Shown here: one piece after another, positions 45,908 to 54,494 of the stretch
Numbering within the stretch: position 1 is the first letter of the stretch
How the letters are laid out: the number at the start of each line of letters is the position of its first letter
Assembly: GCA_964628855.1 (NCBI GenBank)
Contig: CAZVMV010000004.1
Span: 5,254 to 69,253 of the forward strand
DNA length: 64,000 nucleotides
Reading direction: 5' to 3'
From: an uncultured Gammaproteobacteria bacterium
GTDB lineage: Bacteria > Patescibacteriota > Patescibacteriia > UBA10025 > JAHIVO01
Notes under the pieces: model-generated
Told to the model about the DNA's origin: nothing
Databases searched by the model: none
The model's input: only the letters and a program-made list of their open reading frames with translations
Program-made: the position numbers and the translations under genes

Positions 45908-47801
45908 AATTGACCGTGATATCTGATAAGGTCGGCGTTGACGCTCCAGTCGAGGTAAAATAGGCCCGATACTGGATCCAGCGCGTGTTGGGATTATCGG
46001 CAATTATGTCTCCCGGAGTCGTAAAATATGTAGCAGCTGTGCCATCAGGGCCGACCCATGTTGCACTCGACAGCCCGATTTGCGTCGCAGCTGTACGCGC
46101 CTGGTATTGCAATGTTGTCCCGACGGGAACAGTCGCGGTCCATGTGAGGTAATTGTCCACGGTTGCAGCACTACCTGTATCAAAAGCTGAGGAGATAAAA
46201 TCGCCGCTCAGACTGTATCCAGACGAAAGCGTAAAATAATATCCGCCCACATCCGATTCGACAAATGGCGTCCAGGTCCCACCGCTATCAGTCGACCTTG
46301 TTAAAAATGACGTCGTCCCATTATATGTTAAATTATTATAAACCGCCGAGTTTGTTGTATCTATGCGGCGGACGCGAAAAAAATTAGAGGCGTTATTCTG
46401 GGCTGACGAAAATACATAGATACGATAGGTAGTGCCCGCAGTCAATGTGCGCGGCGTGACAAATGAGAAGCTGAATGGTCCGTAGTTAACTCCAATAGCG
46501 GCTGAACTTGCCAGCACACCCTGTTCAACCAAAGATGCGGCGGAGACATCATACAGGGCCACCATTAAATCACCGACTGGTATGCCGATTTTTTTCGCCT
46601 CGAAAGTTACTTGGGTGGCTGTCACGGTACTGCTAGGGGTAAATTGTTCACCTACGTATCCGCCGCTGAATATCCGCTCAGGATTATTCTCGGTCAGACT
46701 GATATAAGGGTTACCCTCAAACGATCCGTCATTAAAACCAAGCATATATACTGGCTGATTGTTATCCACCGACCATGTCCCGCCACTATTTAAAGATCTG
46801 AGGACATTTGATTGAGTATCTGGATTGTTATTCAGCGGGATGAGGGAGTTGAGCGGAGTGGTAACGCGCAAGGCGATAAAACGATTGACGGCAATCGTGC
46901 CCGACTCGTATTGTACGACCAGATGATATGTGGTTCCGGCAGTAATGGCCACGGCAGGCGATAGAGAAATTGTCTGCCAACCGGTAGATGTCGCCTGTAA
47001 GGTTGTTGAGCCCAACCATACACCTGAGGGATTTCCTGCCGTATTGCCCTGGAGCCCATATCGATAAGTTGGACTTGTCCCATTTTCGGTGTGCAGATAC
47101 ACCCTAATTGTATTAACCGACTTGCTACTTTGCGCAGTAAAACGGAATGAAGTACGATACGCGGCATTAGTCAGGTTTTGCGAAGCAATTGACGTATCTA
47201 CTTTAAACTGATTACCAAGCATGCCGCCACCAGATGATGCCAAAACTAACTCCCCGCCTGAAGCATTTGCGGAAACTACCTGATTCTTAGTGCCAGCGTC
47301 AAATTCAGCCTGGAGTGTCTGTGTCCAGCGACGGCTCTTCCAATTGGCCATATAGCTGTTCACAATGACGCTGGAAGGCCGGTTCGGGCGTGGCGCCCAA
47401 GTGACTTGGGACGTGACCAATTTTGTGTCAAGATCTGGCGTCCCGCCGACAGTAACAATGTTTCCGCTAACGTCGCGATTGACGCTGGCTACAGTCACTG
47501 ACCGTGAAAAAACGCCCAGCGAATCGGCCGAACCATTATATTGCCAAATATTTGTGGATGCCGACAATCCATGTGTGCCAATTGTTAGATATTTCCAACC
47601 ACGGGACGCCAAGCTCTTGCTGGCCTCGATGCCTTCTTGGGCCAGTGCGGCCGCCCGTGTCCGTTGGCCGCCTTCCTGATTCGCCAAATGAGAATCCAAA
47701 GTCAGAAACATTGTACTGGCCACCACCAACACAAAAATTCCCATTGCTACCAATAGTTCAAGCAAACTCTGTCCGGATTGGTTGGGTGATTTATTGGACA
47801 T
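45900..47801 (-). CDS. large (about 630-aa) minor pilin, candidate tip adhesin
   Basis: MSNKSPNQSG/QSLLELLVAMGIFVLVVAS (G-1, E+5), followed by about 600 aa of beta-rich sequence. The ORF is also open from ATG 47876, but that would give a 35-aa leader and an 86-nt overlap. Confidence 0.75.
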   Translation of the reverse strand: MSNKSPNQSGQSLLELLVAMGIFVLVVASTMFLTLDSHLANQEGGQRTRAAALAQEGIEASKSLASRGWKYLTIGTHGLSASTNIWQYNGSADSLGVFSRSVTVASVNRDVSGNIVTVGGTPDLDTKLVTSQVTWAPRPNRPSSVIVNSYMANWKSRRWTQTLQAEFDAGTKNQVVSANASGGELVLASSGGGMLGNQFKVDTSIASQNLTNAAYRTSFRFTAQSSKSVNTIRVYLHTENGTSPTYRYGLQGNTAGNPSGVWLGSTTLQATSTGWQTISLSPAVAITAGTTYHLVVQYESGTIAVNRFIALRVTTPLNSLIPLNNNPDTQSNVLRSLNSGGTWSVDNNQPVYMLGFNDGSFEGNPYISLTENNPERIFSGGYVGEQFTPSSTVTATQVTFEAKKIGIPVGDLMVALYDVSAASLVEQGVLASSAAIGVNYGPFSFSFVTPRTLTAGTTYRIYVFSSAQNNASNFFRVRRIDTTNSAVYNNLTYNGTTSFLTRSTDSGGTWTPFVESDVGGYYFTLSSGYSLSGDFISSAFDTGSAATVDNYLTWTATVPVGTTLQYQARTAATQIGLSSATWVGPDGTAATYFTTPGDIIADNPNTRWIQYRAYFTSTGASTPTLSDITVNYE

Positions 47802-48252
47802 TGATAATGCCCCGCGCATTAATGGTAATGGCAGTTGACTCGTTATTTGCCGACTGGAGGGTGACAGTGCCGACATTTGAAGTCTCTCCCTTCACCCTAG
47901 TAAAAACAATATCCGACCCCGCAGTCGTACTGACTGTTATGTTTTGGGGAGTAGTAAATGTTTCATTGGTCGGATCGCCAGCATTATATGCCGCGCCTGC
48001 AAATACAATATATTTATGGGCCTCCAAGTGTACACCCCAAGCTGACCATTGTTTTGACCCCATGGCCATTCCCTGGGCACGACGTAGAGTAGATGCCATT
48101 TCCTGCGTCGTATTGTCCAGGTTTGAACTGACCTGGAAAGATTGGTAAAACGGGATTGCTAGGCCGGCCAGAAGCACTAAAACGGCGATGGCCATCATCA
48201 ATTCGATAAACGAAAATCCCCCTACCTGGTTTGAATATCTTATCCAATGCAT
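47791..48252 (-). CDS. minor pilin (GspH/FimT-like)
   Basis: MHWIRYSNQVGG/FSFIELMMAIAVLVLLAGLAIP (G-1, F+1, E+5). 153 aa. Confidence 0.75.
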   Translation of the reverse strand: MHWIRYSNQVGGFSFIELMMAIAVLVLLAGLAIPFYQSFQVSSNLDNTTQEMASTLRRAQGMAMGSKQWSAWGVHLEAHKYIVFAGAAYNAGDPTNETFTTPQNITVSTTAGSDIVFTRVKGETSNVGTVTLQSANNESTAITINARGIINVQ

Positions 48253-48254
48253 AG

Positions 48255-49478
48255 TTACCTTTGGATTGAACCTGTAAATCGGTAGATCGGGGAAATAATG
48301 GCTATCGCCAAGAATCCGAGGATGACCCCGATCACAATAAGTAAAATCGGCTCAATAACCGAGGTTAAATTTTTAGTTGCATTATCTACCTCCGCTTCAT
48401 AGTACCCGCTGAGATACGACAGGGTTTCCTCTAATTTGCCAGTTCGCTCGCCGACATCAATCATGCGATTGGCCATTTTAGGGAAATATTTCTCGTCTGT
48501 GAGTACAGAAGTCAGTGACCGGCCGCGCTGTATTGAATCTATGGCATTAAGCAATAAGCGTTTGTAAACCACGTTGCTGATGGCTCCTGAAGTAATCTCC
48601 AGGCTTTCAATTATTGGCACTCCGCTTTTAAGCAAAATTGAGAGCATGCGCAAAGTCCTTGCGGTATTTACGTGTGCCACGATTTTTTTGAAGATCGGCA
48701 CGGACAGGTAAAACCGATGGAAAAAAGGCTGGGTGGTCGGCCAGCGAGTCATTAGCCGCCAAATGATGATCACCGCGACCAGGACGACTACCATGGCAAT
48801 ACCATAAGAAACCAGGAAATTCGCAATAGCCAGGAAAATTTTTGTCACTATGGGAAGGGCAACGTTGAAAGAGTCGAACATCTTAACCAATTTCGGCAAA
48901 ATAAAAATCGACAAGCCAATCCCCATGACTATGGTTGCAGACAGGACGATCACCGGATACAGCATGGCCGCCTGCACCTTCCTGCGGAGCTCAAAATCCT
49001 TTTCCAATTCACTTGCGGCGTAGTCCAGGTTTTTTTCCAGTGTCCCGCTGGCCTCACCAATTTTTACCATACCTAAAACAAGCCCTGAAAAAACCCGCGG
49101 ATAATCACCGAGACTATCAACCAGGCTTTTCCCGTTCGTGACGCTCTTTATCACTCCATTCAAAACTCTTTTGAATTTCTTGTTACTCGTCTGCTCGACA
49201 ATTACGTTGAGGGCTTCAACGATCGACAGGCCGGCCTTCAGCATTATTGATAAATGTCGGCAAAAAGTAACGCGTTCGATATAGGTAACTCCGCCCTTGC
49301 CAAATTGCCAGGTCATCCCTCCGGTCACCAAATGGCGGGTCGTACCGGTTGCATTTATTGTCACGGGCATCAAACGCCTTTTTTCTAATGCATCAGCCAC
49401 TGCATTGCGTGACGGTGCATCCAATGTTCCCCGCTGGAGCTGGCCCGTGGCCGTTGTGGCGACATAATCAAATTTCAT
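48255..49478 (-). CDS. pilC: type IV pilus platform protein PilC (GspF family)
   Basis: 407 aa with a duplicated GspF-type domain and 3 TM segments. Located directly downstream of pilB. Confidence 0.9.
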   Translation of the reverse strand: MKFDYVATTATGQLQRGTLDAPSRNAVADALEKRRLMPVTINATGTTRHLVTGGMTWQFGKGGVTYIERVTFCRHLSIMLKAGLSIVEALNVIVEQTSNKKFKRVLNGVIKSVTNGKSLVDSLGDYPRVFSGLVLGMVKIGEASGTLEKNLDYAASELEKDFELRRKVQAAMLYPVIVLSATIVMGIGLSIFILPKLVKMFDSFNVALPIVTKIFLAIANFLVSYGIAMVVVLVAVIIIWRLMTRWPTTQPFFHRFYLSVPIFKKIVAHVNTARTLRMLSILLKSGVPIIESLEITSGAISNVVYKRLLLNAIDSIQRGRSLTSVLTDEKYFPKMANRMIDVGERTGKLEETLSYLSGYYEAEVDNATKNLTSVIEPILLIVIGVILGFLAIAIISPIYRFTGSIQR

Positions 49479-49484
49479 AATTTT

Positions 49485-51176
49485 CTATTCTTGGGTGGCG
49501 CGCAGGACCTCCTCAACACTGGTGATGCCTGACATAACTTTCACCATGCCATCATCCAGCATTGTCGTCATCCCCTGAATGACTGCCTGACGTCTTATTT
49601 CGTCACTATTTGCCCGCCGCATGATTAATGCCCTGATTTCTTCCGTTATTTCCATAACCTCAAAAATTCCAATGCGCCCTTCATAACCGGTCTGGCTGCA
49701 AATATCACAACCTTTGCCGCGATACAGGCGGAAACCCTCACGACTCACGCCCAGTTTGGCGGCGCGCTCTTGGCCGAGTATTCTGACCAGGGTCTTGATC
49801 TCGTCTGGAGTGGGGGTATAACTTTCACGGCAAGCCTGATGTATCTTTCTAACGAGCCTTTGCGCCAAGGCAATATTGATTGTTGAGGCGATTAAAAACG
49901 GCTCGATCTTCATATCAAAAAGCCTGGGCAGGGTGGTGGGTGCATCATTGGTATGTAATGTCGAGAGGACCAAATGACCGGTCATGGCTGCATTTATGGC
50001 AATGGCCGCCGTTTCCTCGTCGCGGATTTCACCGACCATAATAATATCGGGATCCTGACGCAGGATGGATCGGAGCCCTTTGGCAAATGTCAAATTGGTC
50101 AGGGGATTAACCTGGATTTGATTGACGCCTTCGATATCATACTCCACAGGATCTTCTATCGTGGAAATGTTTACCTCTCGCGTATTAAGAAGTTTTAAAA
50201 TTGAATATAAAGTCGTCGTCTTTCCTGAGCCAGTCGGCCCAGTTGCCAGGATCATGCCATACGGGCGGTCATGCGCATGTTGAACTTTCTCCAAATCAGG
50301 TTGGCTGAGACCCAACTCAGACAGGTTGAATTGCCGCGTTTTTTCTGAAAGTATCCGCAGCACTACCTTCTCCCCCTCAGCGATCGGCAGGATCGATACG
50401 CGCACATCCACTTTATTGCCGTCAGCCAGAAAGTCAAAACGGCCGTCCTGGGCTGCCCGATGCTCGTCTGTCCGTAAACGTGAAATAATTTTCACGCGGG
50501 TGATGATAAACGGATGCACGTCTTTTGGTAATTTGAGGACGTCATGTAAAATTCCATCAACCCTGAAACGGATAACCACGCGATTTTCATGCGGTTCAAT
50601 ATGAATATCTGAGGCTTTGTTGTGGTATGCATATTCCAAAATCGTGTCGACAATACGCGTGGCCGGTAACTCTCGGCCGGTCTCATCAGCATGCTGGGTC
50701 GCCTCGACATTTTGGCGGATGATGTCGGCAAACTCCTCCTTAAGGCCGCGTCGATAATGCACCAGTGCCTCGTTGATATCAGTGGCAGTTGAATAATAGG
50801 GAATTACTTTTTCTCCAGTTTTTTTAACAACATACTGGATCATCTCCTCATTCTCCGGGTCGGTCATAGCCAGCCTGATCCCTTCTGGACCGCGGTCAAA
50901 AGGGATGACCCGTTGGTGCTTTGCCACGATTTCGGGTATCAGGTGCAACACATCGTCATTTATCTGTTTTTGGCGCAAATTCATATAGGGAACGCCGAAA
51001 ATATCGGCGATAACTTGGCCTAAATTTTCGTCACTGATATATTCCGCCTCGACTAAATACTGTTCAAAAGGCACGTCAGTTTGCGAGGCCTTTTCTTGGG
51101 CATCCTGAATTTGGTCAACGGTGAGTAGCTCTGAATCTTTTAGTACCTTTTTTAGTTCTTGGTAGTCTATTGGCAT
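49485..51176 (-). CDS. pilB: type IV pilus assembly ATPase PilB (GspE family)
   Basis: Walker A GPTGSGKTT, Asp box, Walker B IIMVGEIRD, His box TGHLVLSTLHTN. Cys cluster C...GKGCDIC. N-terminal GSPII-type domain. Confidence 0.92.
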   Translation of the reverse strand: MPIDYQELKKVLKDSELLTVDQIQDAQEKASQTDVPFEQYLVEAEYISDENLGQVIADIFGVPYMNLRQKQINDDVLHLIPEIVAKHQRVIPFDRGPEGIRLAMTDPENEEMIQYVVKKTGEKVIPYYSTATDINEALVHYRRGLKEEFADIIRQNVEATQHADETGRELPATRIVDTILEYAYHNKASDIHIEPHENRVVIRFRVDGILHDVLKLPKDVHPFIITRVKIISRLRTDEHRAAQDGRFDFLADGNKVDVRVSILPIAEGEKVVLRILSEKTRQFNLSELGLSQPDLEKVQHAHDRPYGMILATGPTGSGKTTTLYSILKLLNTREVNISTIEDPVEYDIEGVNQIQVNPLTNLTFAKGLRSILRQDPDIIMVGEIRDEETAAIAINAAMTGHLVLSTLHTNDAPTTLPRLFDMKIEPFLIASTINIALAQRLVRKIHQACRESYTPTPDEIKTLVRILGQERAAKLGVSREGFRLYRGKGCDICSQTGYEGRIGIFEVMEITEEIRALIMRRANSDEIRRQAVIQGMTTMLDDGMVKVMSGITSVEEVLRATQE

Positions 51177-51179
51177 ATC

Positions 51180-51554
51180 TTATTCAACAGTTATATGGGC
51201 TTTTACTTTGGCAATCATGTCCATCAAGCTGATGTCCGCCTTGACTAGATACTCAACTGCGCCAAGTTCAGATGCGCGCTGCTTGTCGGATGGCTGAGCC
51301 AGGTTTGACATGATCATCACCGGGATGGCGTGCGTATCCGGACTGTTTTTAAGGAGTTGTAAGACTTGGAATCCGTCCTGACCAGGCAGTATCAGATCCA
51401 ACAAAATGATGTTTGGCTTGTCAGTCTTGGCTTTACGGAAACCCTCGTCCCCAGTTGTGGCCATCGAAACTTCAAAACCGTTCAATTTCAATTTATTGGT
51501 ATAAATCTTTAATAACGAAAGGTCGTCTTCGATGATGAGCACTTTCTGGGACAT
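51180..51554 (-). CDS. stand-alone response regulator receiver (CheY-like)
   Basis: KVLIIEDD...ILLDLILPG (phospho-accepting Asp)...PVMIMSN...K. 124 aa with no output domain. 3 nt upstream of pilB. Confidence 0.85.
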   Translation of the reverse strand: MSQKVLIIEDDLSLLKIYTNKLKLNGFEVSMATTGDEGFRKAKTDKPNIILLDLILPGQDGFQVLQLLKNSPDTHAIPVMIMSNLAQPSDKQRASELGAVEYLVKADISLMDMIAKVKAHITVE

Positions 51555-51558
51555 TATT

Positions 51559-52362
51559 TTAGTTGGTTACTGGTAAAGTAAACTGAACGGTTGTCCCTTG
51601 GTTCTCCTGCGAAGCTACCATGATATGGCCGCCATGCGCCTCCACGATAATTTTGGTGAGGTATAGGCCCAGGCCCGAACCTTTTGTATTCCTATGGACA
51701 ATATTCTTGGCCCGAAAAAATTTCGTGAAAAGCTCTGCCTGCTGGTCTTTTGGTATGCCCAAACCAGTGTCATGGCAGGAGAAAATGACCTGGCCGCCCT
51801 TTTTCTCGAGGGAAATGGTGGCGTGACCACGCCCTTGGGAATATTTAATGGCGTTAGTCAAGATATTTTCGATGACCTGCTTAATTTTTATTACATCTAC
51901 CGATACGCCGAGAGTCTCCCCCGCGCGTGGGTTGAATTCAATTTCGCAATTCGATGCCAGAGCCAACGGACGCAGCTTATCCAATTCAGACCTCACCAGC
52001 TGCACCAAATCAACGCTTTCTTTTTTCAAGGTCATTTGTTCTATGTCCATTTTCACCGCTTCCAAATAATCATTTACCAGGTTTACAGAATCCTGACTGA
52101 TAGCTAGGGCGTCATTCAGATACTCCCTCTGCCCTTCGTTTAACTGTCCCTGATCGCCGGTTGCTAGTGCCTCAATATACCCCTTAATGATGGATAGGGG
52201 GGTGCGTAATTGATGGCTGATGATGGAAACGAATCCGGAGCGGCGCTCTTCCATCTTTTTTATTTCTTCTTGGGCTTGTTGACGGGATTTGCGTCTCAAG
52301 TGCAAAACATAATACCCAAGGACAATCACGAGGACTATCAGAACTATGTCGAGGATTGTCAT
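51559..52362 (-). CDS. membrane-anchored sensor histidine kinase
   Basis: One N-terminal TM helix. H-box SHQLRTPL, N-box LTNAIKYS, G1 DTGLGI, G2 GSGLGL. Confidence 0.85.
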   Translation of the reverse strand: MTILDIVLIVLVIVLGYYVLHLRRKSRQQAQEEIKKMEERRSGFVSIISHQLRTPLSIIKGYIEALATGDQGQLNEGQREYLNDALAISQDSVNLVNDYLEAVKMDIEQMTLKKESVDLVQLVRSELDKLRPLALASNCEIEFNPRAGETLGVSVDVIKIKQVIENILTNAIKYSQGRGHATISLEKKGGQVIFSCHDTGLGIPKDQQAELFTKFFRAKNIVHRNTKGSGLGLYLTKIIVEAHGGHIMVASQENQGTTVQFTLPVTN

Positions 52363-52453
52363 ATATTTCTTTCGGAAAATTATTCTATTTCATTTGTAAA
52401 ATAACACGAAAAATCATTTTTGTCAAACTAATTCAACGCCTTTCCTTCACGCA

Positions 52454-52482
52454 TTGACATTTCTCAAATAATATGCTACAAT
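52454..52482 (+). promoter_or_regulatory. sigma70-like extended -10 promoter upstream of pilT
   Basis: TTGACA, 17-nt spacer, then TGCTACAAT. It implies a leader of about 160 nt before ATG 52647. Confidence 0.45.
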
Positions 52483-52646
52483 TACTTTAGAAACAAAAAC
52501 TAAAAATAAAACAATGGTTAAACATTCAGCAATAACGCTGAATAAGGCAGCGCTCTCATCTTTAGGGCAGACCATGTATTACCGAAAAAAGAAAAACAGT
52601 CACGTCTTACTCAATATCATCGAGCGTTTTTTCTCCTTGCGTACCT

Positions 52647-53696
52647 ATGCCAAAAATCGATGAAATCCTAAAAACCGCCGTCAAACGCAATGCATCAGAC
52701 ATCCACCTGACTGTCGGTCATGCTCCGATATTCCGAATTGATGGCGAACTGATGGAAATAGACGGGCATAAAAAGCTGGCGGACAAAGAGCTTGAGGAGC
52801 TCGTTTCTGAAATACTGACGGAAAAACAGCGACAACTCCTTCTACACGAACGCGAGCTTGATTTGTCATATGAGATAAACGGCGTCTCCAGATTCCGCGT
52901 AAACTGCTTCTGGGAAAAAGACAATATCTGCATGGCCGCTCGTATCATCGCCAAATCCGTCCCTACAATGGAGGAGCTCATGCTGCCCAAGATCGTACAC
53001 GATCTGATGCGGCTCAAACAGGGGCTGGTGCTCGTCACTGGACCGACAGGCTGCGGCAAATCAACATCCTTGGCCGCGATGATCAACCTCATCAACCACG
53101 AACGTGCCGCCCATATCATCACTTTGGAAGATCCCATCGAATTTATTTATGACGGCGGTGACGGCAAAAGCTTGATTGTCCAGCGGCAATTGGGTACGGA
53201 CATGGTTTCTTTCCCCCAAGCGCTGAAACATCTCCTGCGCCAGGACCCGAACGTCATCCTAGTCGGCGAAATGCGCGATCTGGAAACCATCGCCACAACC
53301 ATCACTCTGGCGGAAACCGGACACCTCGTACTGGCCACGCTGCACACCCACAATGCTGCCCAGACCGTTGATCGTATCATTGACGTTTTCCCGCCTTATC
53401 AGCAATCACAAATTCGCCTGCAACTTTCGTTATTTTTAAAAGGCATCATTTCCCAACAGCTACTGCCGCGCATCAATGGCGGCCGGATCGCTTCACGTGA
53501 AATTCTCATCAATACACCCGCCATTTCCAACTTGATCCGTGAGAATAAAATTCCGCAAATCAAAACCGTTATCCAGACCAGCGCCGATGAAGGGATGTTT
53601 ACCATGGATCAGGACCTCAAAAGACTCTACGAAGAGGGATACATCACAAAAGATGTGGCCAAGAGTTATATGGTCACGCCGTCACTACTACAGTAG
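52647..53696 (+). CDS. pilT: twitching-motility retraction ATPase PilT
   Basis: 349 aa. Walker A GPTGCGKST, Walker B VILVGEMRD, His box TGHLVLATLHT. It lacks the N-terminal domain of PilB. Confidence 0.92.
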   Translation: MPKIDEILKTAVKRNASDIHLTVGHAPIFRIDGELMEIDGHKKLADKELEELVSEILTEKQRQLLLHERELDLSYEINGVSRFRVNCFWEKDNICMAARIIAKSVPTMEELMLPKIVHDLMRLKQGLVLVTGPTGCGKSTSLAAMINLINHERAAHIITLEDPIEFIYDGGDGKSLIVQRQLGTDMVSFPQALKHLLRQDPNVILVGEMRDLETIATTITLAETGHLVLATLHTHNAAQTVDRIIDVFPPYQQSQIRLQLSLFLKGIISQQLLPRINGGRIASREILINTPAISNLIRENKIPQIKTVIQTSADEGMFTMDQDLKRLYEEGYITKDVAKSYMVTPSLLQ

Positions 53697-53724
53697 CCGG
53701 GAACTGCCCCATAAACGCTCAAGG

Positions 53725-53746
53725 CCGCCATACTTTCGGCGGTTTT
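53725..53746 (+). terminator. weak candidate terminator after pilT
   Basis: CCGCC-8 nt loop-GGCGG hairpin followed by TTTT. Confidence 0.35.
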
Positions 53747-53811
53747 ATAATAATAACCAGCACGCTTTACATCATATTTCCCTTATGGTACGTTTCACAG
53801 CGCTACTATAG

Positions 53812-53883
53812 GCGCCTGTAGCTCAATGGATAGAGTGCTGGTCTTCGGAACCAGTGATGGAGGTTCGATTCCTCCCGGGCGCA
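53812..53883 (+). tRNA. tRNA-Arg (anticodon TCG)
   Basis: Hand-folded cloverleaf. Acceptor GCGCCTG/CGGGCGC, anticodon arm CTGGT-CTTCGGA-ACCAG, T-arm GGAGG-TTCGATT-CCTCC. No encoded CCA. Confidence 0.85.
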
Positions 53884-53895
53884 TTTCAAAGCTAT

Positions 53896-53972
53896 GGGCG
53901 ATTAGCTCAGTTGGTCAGAGCGTGCGGTTTACATCCGCAAGGTCGTAGGTTCGACCCCTACATCGCCCACCA
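53896..53972 (+). tRNA. tRNA-Val (anticodon TAC)
   Basis: Acceptor GGGCGAT/ATCGCCC, anticodon arm TGCGG-TTTACAT-CCGCA, T-loop GGTTCGA. CCA is encoded. Confidence 0.85.
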
Positions 53973-53987
53973 TTATATATAAAAATT

Positions 53988-54239
53988 ATGAAATATTTCT
54001 TAGGCATAATTATTATTGGTATCGGCTTCCTCATCACCTGGAAAGCAGACTGGATGATGAATAATTTTGGCAGGATTGCCTGGGCCGAAGAGCATCTAGG
54101 CACTGAAGGCGGCACTCGTCTACTTTATAAACTCATCGGAATAACGGCCATCATCCTATCTTTTTTGTACATGAGCGGCGCGCTACAGGCTATTCTCCGG
54201 GGGATATTCAGCAACTCAATCAACACAGTAAACGAATAA
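53988..54239 (+). CDS. hypothetical small membrane protein
   Basis: 83-codon ORF with two hydrophobic helices (FLGIIIIGIGFLITW, LIGITAIILSFLYM), sitting between tRNA genes. Confidence 0.45.
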   Translation: MKYFLGIIIIGIGFLITWKADWMMNNFGRIAWAEEHLGTEGGTRLLYKLIGITAIILSFLYMSGALQAILRGIFSNSINTVNE

Positions 54240-54397
54240 ATATTGGAGGCCGTTAGCATAATGGGCCGAAACCACGAGTGAAGCAAACAGCTTTGCTTCA
54301 CGAGGAGGCGAGGCGGACGTGAAGTTATCACCGCAGGTGATCTGAACGGCCGGGAAGTGCACCCCTCAAACAAGGCGAGTATAATGATTTGGGCCAT

Positions 54398-54471
54398 GGG
54401 CCGTTAGCATAGTGGTAGTGCACCCGGTTTGCATCCGGGAGGCGCGAGTCCGATTCTCGCACGGTCCACCA
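54398..54471 (+). tRNA. tRNA-Ala (anticodon TGC)
   Basis: Acceptor GGGCCGT/ACGGTCC with the G3:U70 Ala identity pair. Anticodon arm CCCGG-TTTGCAT-CCGGG, T-loop AGTCCGATT. CCA is encoded. Confidence 0.85.
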
Positions 54472-54494
54472 ACAACCATACTTTTTTCAACACT

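Noticed and set aside
52514-52663. A 49-codon ORF (MVKHSAITLNKAALSSLGQTMYYRKKKNSH...) in the pilT leader that overlaps the pilT start out of frame.
   Set aside because: It has no RBS, no recognisable motif, and is below a length I can support. It may simply be leader sequence. A 7-bp hairpin (ATTCAGC/GCTGAAT) lies inside it.
54245-54397. The structured spacer upstream of tRNA-Ala as SRP RNA, RNase P RNA, tmRNA or 6S RNA.
   Set aside because: I could not find the SRP helix-8 GGAA/AGCA motif pairing, the RNase P P4 consensus (GAGGAAAGUCC...), or a tmRNA tRNA-like end or tag frame. It is reported only as an unexplained element.
54429-54494. An N-terminal extension of the first tandem receiver (ORF start at 54429).
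   Set aside because: The extension overlaps tRNA-Ala (54398-54471) and translates it (MHPGGASPILARST). The conserved receiver begins at MKKILIVEDE, at ATG 54495.
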